Positions 36,739 to 48,870 of a stretch of 64,000 nucleotides of DNA are shown in pieces. The notes below the pieces were generated by a model. That model saw nothing but the letters and a program-made list of their open reading frames with translations. It was not told where the DNA came from and ran no database searches. Made by a program: the position numbers and the translations under genes. The first letter of the stretch is position 1, and each line of letters opens with the position of its first letter. Source of the DNA: Nemertoderma westbladi (taxonomy: Eukaryota; Animalia; Xenacoelomorpha); NCBI GenBank assembly GCA_032718475.1, contig JAUCBJ010007667.1, positions 62,001-126,000 of the forward strand. The letters are read 5' to 3'.

Positions 36739-38430
36739 ATGACACCGACTTTGCTGAGGTGCATCTTCGTGCAAATTCTGATCTATTTGATCGTAGATGT
36801 TGAAACGGCTTCTCGCGATGTAGAACGTCGTTGTGAAGATATCACGATCCCAATGTGTCTCGGTATCGGGTACAACCTCACCTCTATGCCCAACCAGTTC
36901 AACCACAACAGCCAGGAGGAGGCTGGCCTGGAAGTCCATCAGTTCTGGCCCCTCGTCGAGATCCAATGCAGTAGCGACCTCCGCTTCTTCCTGTGCTCGA
37001 TGTACGCGCCGATTTGCATCGAGAACTACGACCAACCCCTGCGTGTCTGCAAGTCCGTCTGTCTGCGCGCGCAGAGCGGTTGCGCACCGCTGATGGAGCA
37101 GTACGGATTCGCGTGGCCCGACAGGATGCGATGCGACGACCTTCCCGAGTTCGGAAATCCGGAGGGGATCCTCTGCATGGACATAAACTCCACGGCGCAA
37201 TCGACGCCGGCGCCCGCCACCACGCCGGGAAGAGGCGGCGGCGGCGGTGGCGGGAAAACCCCGCCACCCGCATCCATAACAACAACGGAAACCGCGGTCG
37301 ACCTATTCGGGCCGGACAACAGACCGGACAACCGACCTGAAAACTGTCTGTGTAGCTGCCCTCCGGACTTTCTAACACTGACATCGGAAGACCCGGGGTA
37401 CAACAAGGTGGCCACGGGACACGTAGCCAACTGCGCCATACCCTGCCACTCCCCGTACGTAGAGGAGGACGAAAACACATTTGCCCAGTTCTGGATCGGC
37501 ATGTGGTCCATCCTCTGTCTCGTCTCCACATCCATGACGGTGACAACCTTCCTAATCGATATGCCGCGGTTTAAGTACCCGGAGCGGCCGATCGCCTTCC
37601 TCTCGGGCTGCTACCTGCTGGTCGCCACCGGGTACATAATCCGTCTGGCCCTCGGACACCCGCAGGTGGCCTGCGACGCGAACGGCTCTATACGATACGA
37701 CTCAACCGGGCCCGCACAGTGCACCGTAGTGTTCCTACTCATATATTTCTTCGGGATGGCCTCCTCCATCTGGTGGGTAGTCCTCTCCTTCACGTGGTTC
37801 CTCTCCGCCGGCCTCAAGTGGGGCAGCGAGGCCGTCGCCTCCTACAGTCTGTACTTCCATCTGGCCGCGTGGTTGATCCCCTCGGTGTTCAGCTTCGCGG
37901 TTCTCGCGACCAGCAGCGTCGACGGCGACCCCATCGTCGGCATCTGTTACGTCGGCAACCAGAACATCACGAACCTCCGGGGCTTCGTCTTGGCCCCGCT
38001 GTGTTTCTACCTCTTCGTGGGAACGTGTTTCCTCGCGGCGGGATTTGTCAGTCTGTTCCGCATACGGAATGTCATCAAACAGGGCGGAACGAAAACCGAC
38101 AAACTCGAGAAACTAATGGTGCGAATCGGGGTGTTCTCGGTGCTGTACACGGTGCCCGCGACCATAGTGATCGCCTGTCTCTTCTACGAGCAGCACTTCC
38201 GGGAGTCCTGGGAACTCTCCCGCACCTGTGAGTGCGGCGTCCCCGAGAGTAAGCCGGACTTCTCCGTCTTTATGCTCAAATACTTTATGTGTCTCATAGT
38301 GGGTATCACCTCGGGGTTCTGGATCTGGTCGGGTAAGACGCTGTACAGCTGGAAGCGTTTCATAAACAGGGTGTTGGGGCGTAAAGACGTCGTTCGCAGT
38401 CCCAAACAGGTGCCGTTAACTCACGTGTGA
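36739..38430 (+). CDS. FZD5/8: Frizzled-5/8 Wnt receptor, intronless, 563 aa
   Basis: Signal peptide; CRD CEDITIPMCLGIGYNLTSMPNQFNHNSQEEAGLEVHQFWPLVEIQC typical of Fz5/8; 7TM region with RFKYPERPI and KLEKLMVRIGVFSVLYTVPA; KTxxxW motif (KTLYSW); PDZ-binding tail LTHV (compare Fz5 LSHV). Confidence 0.97.
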   Translation: MTPTLLRCIFVQILIYLIVDVETASRDVERRCEDITIPMCLGIGYNLTSMPNQFNHNSQEEAGLEVHQFWPLVEIQCSSDLRFFLCSMYAPICIENYDQPLRVCKSVCLRAQSGCAPLMEQYGFAWPDRMRCDDLPEFGNPEGILCMDINSTAQSTPAPATTPGRGGGGGGGKTPPPASITTTETAVDLFGPDNRPDNRPENCLCSCPPDFLTLTSEDPGYNKVATGHVANCAIPCHSPYVEEDENTFAQFWIGMWSILCLVSTSMTVTTFLIDMPRFKYPERPIAFLSGCYLLVATGYIIRLALGHPQVACDANGSIRYDSTGPAQCTVVFLLIYFFGMASSIWWVVLSFTWFLSAGLKWGSEAVASYSLYFHLAAWLIPSVFSFAVLATSSVDGDPIVGICYVGNQNITNLRGFVLAPLCFYLFVGTCFLAAGFVSLFRIRNVIKQGGTKTDKLEKLMVRIGVFSVLYTVPATIVIACLFYEQHFRESWELSRTCECGVPESKPDFSVFMLKYFMCLIVGITSGFWIWSGKTLYSWKRFINRVLGRKDVVRSPKQVPLTHV

Positions 38431-38455
38431 GAGCGAACCTTGGGAGTATTTAATT

Positions 38456-38473
38456 AATAAATAAATAAATAAA
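38456..38473 (+). terminator. Overlapping AATAAA polyadenylation signals after the Fz5/8 stop
   Basis: AATAAATAAATAAATAAA about 25 bp after TGA, followed by a T-rich tract. It could also be a simple (TAAA)n repeat. Confidence 0.4.
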
Positions 38474-38534
38474 ATGAATTTTTATTGTTTCTGCGCCGCA
38501 GATTTTGAGTGGCGCGGTGAAGGAGCGAATAGTT

Positions 38535-38755
38535 CGATACCCGGTGTCAGTGAGCTCGAAACTCGGTGAGTTCGATACTCGGTGAGTTTGATACTCGGTG
38601 AGTTCGATACTCGGTGAGTTCGATACTCGGTGTCAGTGAGCTCGAAACTCGGTGAGTTCGATACTCGGTGAGTTCGATACTCGGTGAGTTCGATACTCGG
38701 TGAGTTCGATACTCGGTGAGTTCGGTACTCGGTGAGTTCGATACTCGGTGAGTTC
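38535..38755. repeat. 16-bp minisatellite CTCGGTGAGTTCGATA, about 13 copies
   Basis: Directly visible tandem array. Confidence 0.95.
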
Positions 38756-38907
38756 GCTTGTTCAAAATAAAATTAATATTTGGTGTAGAAAATTAAATAC
38801 AAATATTAATTGATAGTTAAAATGCCTTTAAATAAACAATAATTAACATTACGGTGATTAATTAGAACCCAAAGTCACGTAATTTACTTTCAGCATCAAT
38901 GTGAACT

Positions 38908-39295
38908 CGCGTTCACTTAGTGAGTACCGAGTACGCGTTCACTTAGTGAGTACCGAGTACGCGTTCACTTAGTGAGTACCGAGTACGCGTTCGCTTAGTG
39001 AGTACCGAGTACGCGTTCACTTAGTGAGTACCGAGTACGCGTTCGCTTAGTGAGTACCGAGTACGCGTTCGCTTAGTGAGTACCGAGTACGCGTTCACTT
39101 AGTGAGTACCGAGTACGCGTTCACTTAGTGAGTACCGAGTACGCGTTCGCTTAGTGAGTACCGAGTACGCGTTCACTTAGTGAGTACCGAGTACGCGTTC
39201 ACTTAGTGAGTACCGAGTACGCGTTCGCTTAGTGAGTACCGAGTACGCGTTCACTTAGTGAGTACCGAGTACGCGTTCACTTAGCGAGTACCGAG
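38908..39295. repeat. 26-bp minisatellite CGCGTTC(A/G)CTTAGTGAGTACCGAGTA, about 15 copies
   Basis: Period 26 (38908, 38934, ...); near-identical units with one A/G variant site. Confidence 0.97.
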
Positions 39296-42200
39296 TTTCC
39301 GCGAGTACTACTCGCTCCTTTTACCCATAAGACTAGCCAGAGAATCGCCGCGTGGGAGTGCCGTAGTGCGCCCAGGGCGATTAGCGTGGCACCTATTTTA
39401 GTGCAGTAAACATACCATTGGCCAAATGAACTCCGATAGCGATAGACTTTACGTGTTTCTTGAGACGCGAGATCCGTTTTTATTTATTTTACGGTTTGTT
39501 ACTTTTTTTTGTGAAGCTAAAGTCCCATAGAGTAGAGATATTGGACCCCTGACTAACACCATATCGTGTAATAACCGCCAGTACAATTAATATTCAACGC
39601 GATTTTACTGCGATGTTGTTAATATTTTTAAGTGTCGTTTTGATTGTTTTACGATACTCAGTGTCGTGTAGTTGACCTGTTAATGTCGTAAAACCGACAA
39701 TAAACACACCGGCTCATCACTGCAAACCCGTCACATTCATCTCACTATGTTATTTTATCGAGACTCGCGTAATCGACTTGTTTATCATTTATATATTGCA
39801 CCTCGGCACTATTTTTATATATAAAATTTATTTAAAAAAATATAATAATAATAAGGTTTTCGATTTGAAGGTCTCTTAGCTACTCTACTGTAGGTAATAA
39901 CTGTAGTTAGTTGATTGAATTACTTTGTCTCATCATGTCGGAATCGACGCAAAATGATTTTAAATCACAATAATTATTTATACTGGAAGTCGTTTCTGTA
40001 TCAATAAATTTAATATAATAATTTTTGTATTTTTTAGTTGTGTAAGTAAGAAAGGCTCCTCCATTATGTATAGTAAATTATGTGCGTATATATATATGTA
40101 TATGTCATGCGTATACGGTAGTAAATATCTTAATATATATATACAGCAAAACCGCATATAATATATAGTTAGTAAAATTCATTTTTCATTTATACTTTTT
40201 GCGGCCAGATTTATAATCAGTTTATCAAATTTTAAAACGATATTTATATTTTCACCGCGGTTCGTAACTAACTAACTCGCGAATCGGTTCACGTTGTCGC
40301 ACTTTTTACGTGTTCCTATAGGCTGTATAATATTTCCACGTAATATCGTCCGTGTGCGTGTAGATTTGGTTAATAACTGTTACGTAATGAATTATATTTT
40401 AGTCACGGTAGAATCGAATGCAGCACATTATTATTATGTACAAAAAACACACACGACGTCTAGTTGTAACTCTTTATTTTCCAAAGCAAATATTGGTCAT
40501 TCTCCCCTGTATTATTGGAATGTCCTTACGTCAATCACTCTTGGGGCGGGAGCAATAGTAATGATTGACATATATATTATGTCCTTTACAGAACAAACGG
40601 TAAACATCAGTGCCTGGTATCACCGCAGCCCCAACTAGAAGGAATATTATCTTTCTTATCGTAATGATTTCTGTTCTCTACCTGTACTTTGTTTGACTAT
40701 GGCCCCGAACATTAAACATTCTCTTTGACTTAAACTAAACTATCTATAACCACCCAAGTGATGAATTCTCAGCGAAAATAAGCCAAATCAACAGCCATAT
40801 AAACGTGTTATATTGTTTGCAGATATTTTTTATGAATTGGAATTCTGTTAGGAAATGATCAGATAGGCGGGGGAACTTTCGACGCAATTAACAGCTGATT
40901 AACTCCAAAGAATAAATCATTTTATATTGACTATAGTTTATTGTTTAGGTTAGAATAATGTGCCATTGTAACATGCACTTTTCCCCAAATTGTTATAAGT
41001 TAACATTAAGGCGAGATATAAATTCGCCGAGATATGTGAAGTGCGTCAAGTCCCCCCCCCCCCCCCCCCCCCCCCCCTGTCCCACAATGATATTTACTCT
41101 ACTGAAAAATCTATTTTTCCCTCATAATTATAATTTATCAAAATCTTAACTATATGGAACTGTAGACATAATGATAATCTCCCTGTGAAAGATTTTTTAT
41201 ACAACCGTATTGTAGGAACGCATGCCCGAAACGAAAGCCTCCTATATGAATTCAGTCATTGCCATGGATTTATCGGACCGCGTCATTGCACTTGGTTGCA
41301 TTCCTCACCACTAAACCCATAGATTAATCAAAGCCATGTGTTTATCGCGTTCCACGCAATTGGGTCCCCTATTATGTCACTCCGATGGGGGAGGGCAAAT
41401 CCAGCCTTAGCGGGGATCACTGTCCTATAAGCTACGCTTATTACCCATCCAATATTGGCAACGCCGCCCGATTCGTCTTATATAGACCACTCCAACCCCA
41501 TGCACTGCGCATACAGTGTCCTCTACTACAGATATGGTCTATTGTTACAGAGCAATTAGGCCGCAATAATGGGGCCGTGAGTTTCCAACCTTCCACTGCC
41601 CACCCAATTAGTACCAGTGGAGAGGCAAAAACAAAGAGGTCCTTTCAGCTATGCGACCCGCTGGGTTCGAGGCCTACTATGCCGAAAGGTACCCCACTGG
41701 GCCCCAATAATACATTAGAGATATTGTATTTGACTATATATATATATATTGACGGGGCCTTAGTGCTTGACGTTGTAATGCGACGTCCGCACTCACATAT
41801 TGGGCGGAGTAGTTCGGACTAATTAGCCCGAGCCAGGCCCCCACCATTATCAATCGCGCATATTTGGCAAGTAGCAGCCTTATGTGTCATATCCAATTGC
41901 TGAGCGAGCTAAGGGACTGGGACTGTTTACAAAGGCTGGCGCTTAGCTCCCAGGTCCACATAATAGCCACAGGGAAATGTATTGCAGCAACCATTCATCC
42001 CCCCGCTCTCTCTCTCTCTCTCTCTCGGCCGGCCAGCACACAACGTTAGCGAGGCCAGGCCCAGTAGATAATGAGTTGTACGACCGACCAACAGAGTTGC
42101 CCGCAGTAATTCAACGTTCCAATTCGGTCGAGGCAGCTTTCGATCCCTCCCCCTCCCACACCGCGGTGATGCAGGGTTGAGGCAGCTCTCGCGTAAATTG

Positions 42201-45200
42201 AGATTGCTGGCTGCCCCCCGGCTATAGGCTTCTACGGCGGATGAGGGGAGGGCGTGCGATAGAGGGTATGGCTTGTCTGTTCTTCGTGTCCATAGGTTTT
42301 CATCATACACCTATAGCTGAGCATTGGCACAGTCGTGTAAGCAGCAAACACCTCATCTCATCATCCAGCCAACTGTACTGCTGCAAAATATACATATGGA
42401 ATAATAGATATTATAGTTAGAAAGAATATGATTGCTTGCGTGCGTAATGCATTGGCTAGAATTGTCAGTAGGACATCCTTGCTTCTCTTTTCTCGTTGTA
42501 TGCATGCATATGCGCTATCTAAGAAGATACGAACCAAGTTATCAACAAATTCTCCTGCGCAAACCACTTCAAATGGCTGAAGTGAATACATTGCAATAAT
42601 GCCAAGGAGTAATGCCTGCGCCCAATGCGCTGCAACAGTCCTACAATTATATTCCGTGCGCAGAGCGTAAGTAATTAATTTTCCTGCTGGTCGTATCGCG
42701 TATTGCAGTTATGCTGTTCCCCATTCGATATTATATTTCAGTTCCGCATCCAACCTAATATAATTATACCAACTGACTGACTGGCAACTATCTGCAAAGA
42801 TCCAGAAATCATTGGATGACTACTGCTGTTCCCCCGGCAGCCAACCACTGGACATCGTGAATGTTGTAATTTATTAGCAGCGGTTATTTTTAGAATTATT
42901 CCACAACCCGTTCTCCTCCCAGTCGGGATAATTTAATAGGCCCATAAATTATGTCTTCCTATTCCTAGTGCAGTTAATAGCGGCATGATTGGCGTCCGTT
43001 ATCCGCCTTGGGTTGGCCATCGGGTTACCACCCATCCACAAGCACAATCGATCGCTCCTCATCTGCTACCATGATTAGGAAACATTATTGACTGTTCGAA
43101 CTACTGCCCGGTAATTGAATGCAAAATACAATACCAATAATAATTACATGACATGCAGCATAAACCACCTACATATTTATTGCGTAGCGATAACACAGCT
43201 TTTAATGGACAACTCCATGTTCATTAATAATTTATGTGCATTTTTAATTAATCAATTTTGTTATGGCATTTCTCAAACCGTTACTTGCCAATGTGTGAAT
43301 ACATCTGTTATTTGTTTGGGACTTTTGGCATGTATCAGTGCTACAATGACTGACTTTCTTTACATCTTGAAAGAAAAGTATACAAGACAACAGTTGGTAT
43401 ATACTGATAACATATGGGGCATGTGGTAATTCAGATTGTTTCTAGATACGTCTGCCAATCACATCACTCAAATATTGTGTGACAATGACATACTACATTG
43501 GCATTTGTTCATTTCATTATCTCAATGCGTAAAAGTTATCTTGTTATGAAAAGTTAAGAGAAATACGAGCACCAAGCATCATTTGTAATGCACAAACCAT
43601 TTTATATATTTACACAAAAATATTTGCCGTATTATTATGTTATTTGTAAATAGATTTGTCAATCCATACACTGGTGTTCATGTATGTGGGCAGACAACTT
43701 ATTAGGAAGATCGGACGTACAAATAAAACTTGTCAAATTGAAATCTTCAACTCCTGCTGAGTCTAAGTTTCAACATCCTGATATGAACGTAATAAGGGCT
43801 TTTATATGGATGGGGGATCCCCATCGAAGCTTTACTGCAGGCTAGACTGGCTGATTCTATATACATACAGCCCCTTTTGATTCTCTGAAGAGGACCTTAC
43901 AGTATTATAATGCTTAAAGTGTAGGTCTATAGTAAATTGGTAAACACCCAGTTGGAGATTGATTCACTCACATGCTATCTGTCTGGCTGGCCTGTCAGAC
44001 TACATGTCATATTATCACTGGCTGGCCAGCCTCCAAAGTGGCGGAACCTAATTCCCAGGTGTGAATGCTGATAGTTTGTCTGTTTTGCTACAGTTTGACT
44101 AACTAATGTGCTGTGAAATGAAATTACAATGTTATCAACCAAATTAATAACTACAAATAATTTATATATTCCACCAACGTTACAACGTTCCCTCTTGTCT
44201 GTATTAGTAATAGCAAACGCTTTAGATTTACGTTTTGTCCCCAAATAGTTTGTTTATCAGTATACGAAATAATGTATTTTATTTATCTGAAGTATGTAAG
44301 TTAATAAAGTACTTTCATTATGCTGAGCTATAGAAATAGTTACTGTTACACCCGGAAGTCCTGCCAAAAAAGACACAGCCTCGGTAAAATCGCCGCAAAT
44401 AACAGCTGATTGCTCTCACAATTAAAACTGTAACCTGTTCTAATAATTTTCGTTTAATGTTTTGGTCTTGACACTGTAACCTGATCTTTTCAATTAATTG
44501 ATAATGTAACATTGAGGCTGTAGATAAATTTTCGCCGGGATGGGATTTGCCAAATATGTCTCCAAATAGGTATGAACTCGACATATTAAGGTCACTACAA
44601 AAATCATTAAGGCCACTAACTGCTCTGCCGTATTATCGCATACCCTATTTTTGCTTTGGTGTAATGTTGCTCATAAAGTATGTCGCTCATAGTACTTTCA
44701 CCAGTAGTGTTGTCATCGCGAATAGCACCGCTAATGCAAAGTGACTGACCATCTATCTACATTATTAATGCGAATTTTTTACTGAGGTATTATCGGACGA
44801 CGTATACGCACGCACGGAAAGCTTGTGGGGTTTCTCTCCCTTCTAGTTTAGGTGTACAGCACCACCCGAAAGAGAAACCCTTTGAATATTGTCATAGAAT
44901 AGATAGCATATGTAACTAAGGCAACCAGGTAAGGATCACGCACTGCGGGCTAAGCTCGATGTATCCTTAGTGGGAGCTGGACTAAGGCAAGCTTCCGTTG
45001 TCCTTATGATGGGATGGGAGGGAATGGACCGAGAAGCAAAGTATATCCATTATTCCTTCCTGGCTAGTAGCCAAGGATTTGGTTGCCCCTCGCCTAGCAT
45101 AGTAAGAGGCGACGCGGTGGGTTGGGTGGACCAGGCAGAAATAAGGCACTGACGACAGGCCAGTATCCATCCCTAATGCGTGAGCGCGGGCCGCTTCCTG

Positions 45201-45710
45201 CTACCTCCATAACCATCACGGGACCGTAAGCATGATGGCAGTCAGAATAGAGAGAGAGATAGGCCTAGCTATACGCTTGGTTGAGCATTCAGCCAATGTG
45301 TGAGGGTATTGAGATGGGGGGGGGGGGGGGGGGATAGAGGTAATGGACTGGGAGGGGACCAAAACTGTCTCCATATGCATAAGAGAGTGCTGACCCGGAA
45401 CGGAAATCCATTAGCGACAAGGGTAGAACATTAACACACTATAGCTCATTATAATGTTAACAAAAGTCTTAGCAGGTTTAGCAACACGTTGTCTGGTTCT
45501 GCGCCTTAGGTGCCCCCATCGTTTGGGAGGCATCAACCAAACAACATCAGAAATTAAAGCATATTTGGGATTATGACATAATGATATTGGTAGTAGGCAT
45601 ACAAACAATAATACTCGTGCGATTCGTCTACTAGTCACGTGCGATTGTCTGCTTTGTGCGATGCAACTGTCTGCAACTTATTCTACAGTAATTTGCTCTA
45701 ATTCCACACT

Positions 45711-45777
45711 ACTACTACTAATAATCGGCCTGCTGCATTGGAACTGCACATTGAGATGCTATGCCAGCTTAACAAAA
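45711..45777 (-). mobile_element. RTE 3'-end remnant
   Basis: ACTACTACTA...ATCGGCCTGCTGCATTGGAACTGCA resembles 25508-25550. Confidence 0.65.
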
Positions 45778-45822
45778 ATATTATTAAAAACCAGGCAATC
45801 CACAAGTGAGCTATGCCGGTGT

Positions 45823-46309
45823 ACAAGGCTGAGATAACTCCCTTTTGAAATGACTCCCCAGTCATCTCAGCCTAGGCTGAGAACACTCCCCAGTTATCTC
45901 AGCGTAGGCTGAGAACACTCCCCAGTTATCTCAGCCTAGACTGAGAACACTCCCCAGTTATCTCAGCCTAGGCTGAGATGACTCCCCTTAGGCTGAGATG
46001 ACTCCCCTTAGGCTGAGATGACTCCCCTTAGGCTGAGATGACTCCCCTAATTGACTTGAAGTTCATATCCGTACTTGTGTTATTTTCGTATATTGCAAAA
46101 ATAAAACTGTAACCTATGTTATTGAGTTATCGTTTATTATTTTGGTTAGAAAAGCCCGCCACTAAACCTGTTCCTTTCCGTTAATTAAGAAATCTAGGAA
46201 GAAAACTGGTGAGTACTCCCTGCCTAGGCTGAGAAGACTGGGGAGTGGTGTTCTCAACATAGGCTGAGAAGACTGGGGAGTCATGTTTGGTGGGGAGATT
46301 CTCAGCCTG
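45823..46309. mobile_element. MITE/foldback-like element with about 85-bp imperfect, internally repetitive TIRs
   Basis: Left AGGCTGAGA...ATGACTCCCCAGTCATCTCAGCCTAGGCTGAGAACAC mirrors right GTGTTCTCAAC...AGGCTGAGAAGACTGGGGAGTCAT...TCTCAGCCT. The left arm is expanded into 32-bp and 20-bp tandem units. Confidence 0.75.
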
Positions 46310-46319
46310 TTGCTGTTAC

Positions 46320-46430
46320 ATCGGCTTATCAACAAAATTGCATCGCCACAACTCCCTATCCCATCCCCCATGACTTTCGCGAGATCATCCGCATCTTCAA
46401 AGCCAGTGCCCTTTAGGAGGCATCTCACTG
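46320..46430 (-). mobile_element. RTE fragment (C-terminal region)
   Basis: Encodes LLKGTGFEDADDLAKVMGD, matching ILKDTRLEDADDLANVMGD. Confidence 0.8.
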
Positions 46431-48870
46431 CCATACATTAGCAGAGAAAAGCAATAATCATGCAATTAATTGTCAAAATATACGAACGTTATACACCAAG
46501 TTCTCAGCGACAAATATATGTGATAAAGGCATGAAGCATTTACTAGTCAAAACAGCTATTTAATGGTTCACTCTACTGTTATGTTGGTGGACCGTGGGGG
46601 ATTGAGTTCACATCCTCCATTTTGTTAAACTGTGAACAAATATCAGGGTGTGGACTTCGATAATTAATATTTTCATGTTTTATGAAAACAGTTTGTAGTT
46701 TATTGATCTCGGTACTATTATGTTTGTTTGGGTTCATGGCTGTTAAAAAGCTTCCTCGCTATTTTAGCATAAAAAAAAGGCAAGAATATGACAAATTCTT
46801 GGCGAACAATAATGTGAACATTCAGCAACATTAACAAATATTCAGCAACATGATGCTTTTAATGGTACAGTAGATCGTGAATAATGGGTTATAAACCCGT
46901 TCGCGGTTGGTTTGTGCCATATACAGTTATATTTTGCCATATGGTTATTGTACATTGTAAAAAATAAAAGCCAATATAAATTAGTTATATAGAATAACAT
47001 GCAAACTTGTGAAACAGAAAGCAATAAATATATTCATAATCAGCTGATTCGAGAAATTTGAGGTGGAAATTTGATTCAGATAAAATTTTTTATCTCGAAT
47101 ATCAATATATTTCTCTTTGGTGGGATGGAAGTTAATCTCTTATTGTCTCTATGTCTCTATGGTTAATTCTGACAGTTGTAGTAGATTCAATGCCCCTAAA
47201 GGTGGTCAATATCTCAAATATTATTGAGGGCGCTACGTGTTTTCGGATGCTGTTTTCTTCAGCTTGTACTTTTGGTGTTTTTAAACATGGAGCTGATGAA
47301 AATGTTCATTTACGGTCTTTACTTTGAGTCTACATAAGCGCACCCCCAATACACTTAATATAAAAGTCTACATGCAAGTTTAACATACTGTATATGCAAT
47401 TTTATCTATGTTGTACTTACAGTAGGATTTATCTTCGTGCTTTCAAAGGAACCATAAACCATGGAATTTCGTCCAGGAGGGGTTAAAATTTAAGTTAATA
47501 TTACTTCTCTACTTAATTTTAGGGCGGTTTTAAACACTTTTTTTTTAACTTTGACAATGAATTTAACTTTGTAACACTTTTTTTTAACTATAGGCTACGG
47601 GGGGGGGGGGGGGGGGTACACCGAATGTACACAATATTGGTCCAAAATATGTCGAAATTATGTTTATGATCTATTATAATGCACGATTAAATGGTGTTGC
47701 GAAATCTGAAAACCGGAAATAGAAAGAGGGGTGAAAATTATTAATTTTTGCATTAACAATGTTGAAATTTGAAGAAGTTTTACTTATCTTTTTTCATATT
47801 TAAATTTGCGGGCAGCCGCAGCACTACTGCTGTTTTAGGGACTGCAGTTACTGCTGTATTGTACTGCTGTGCAGTCATTAACGTTATAGCTCACATCTAC
47901 TGGTAGGCGGTATACCAACTGACAACTACAGAACTATACGGCTTCTCGTACAGTTGCAGTTCGGTTTCGGTCTAACGTTGCTGTAGCAGGCTGTAGCATG
48001 ACTGGTATGGATATATTGTATTTTGATCACACAAGCTGACTATTAGCCTAGTTATTACACGAACATTTAGGGTGAATTTAATAATTCAATTTAACCCTAA
48101 CTTATGTAGATACAATTGGAGACTGGAACAGGGACGACTCTTGGAATTAACTTAAACTCTACATATCATATGAACTGCATAATATCTGTCTGTCATTATT
48201 TTGGTACCAGTAGGCCTACTATAAACTGTTCAGTATTTTGCATAATATTTGCATCATACAGTATATATTATATATCGTTTGATGTCAGTATTAAATATGC
48301 GTTTGATGTGCGTATTACATATGCGTTCGATATCTAAATTTACATATTATTTATACTGTAAAATAATCTCCAATTTGTTGTCGTTACGTCTAGTCGTTTA
48401 TTTATCTTATTATGTGGGCCTACAGTACATAATAATACTAGAATTAGCTAACTGTTATAAGTGAAAATGTGTCGCTGGTTGTTGTGGTAACAATAAGAAA
48501 TGCGGGATATTCAATAAAATGATTTTCCACATAAAGAATGTTTTCCTACTTATTGTGAAAAGTGAAAGCAGTGAGAAACTGGACATTGAAAAACTTAAAA
48601 ATCATGTTTAAAATCGCCGACAGTAGGGGGATGTAATATTATTAAAATCCAAAATTTGCGGGAAATTTTGGAGGTTTTTTTGTATAACGTTAGTGACCTA
48701 CTGTATGTATAAAAATACCGAACTGTCTGTCAAAATAAAAACTAACTTTAGATTCGCAAACAGCGAACTCTAATTATAAAAATGTTTTTAAATCCGATTC
48801 TGAAAAAAATTGAAGAAAAATATGAAATTATTCTAAAACTTCACAGGCTTGTAAAACACACCCAATTATT

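Noticed and set aside
36694-38405. Alternative-frame and antisense ORFs overlapping Fz5/8
   Set aside because: Same shadow effect; low-complexity Arg/Pro-rich translations.
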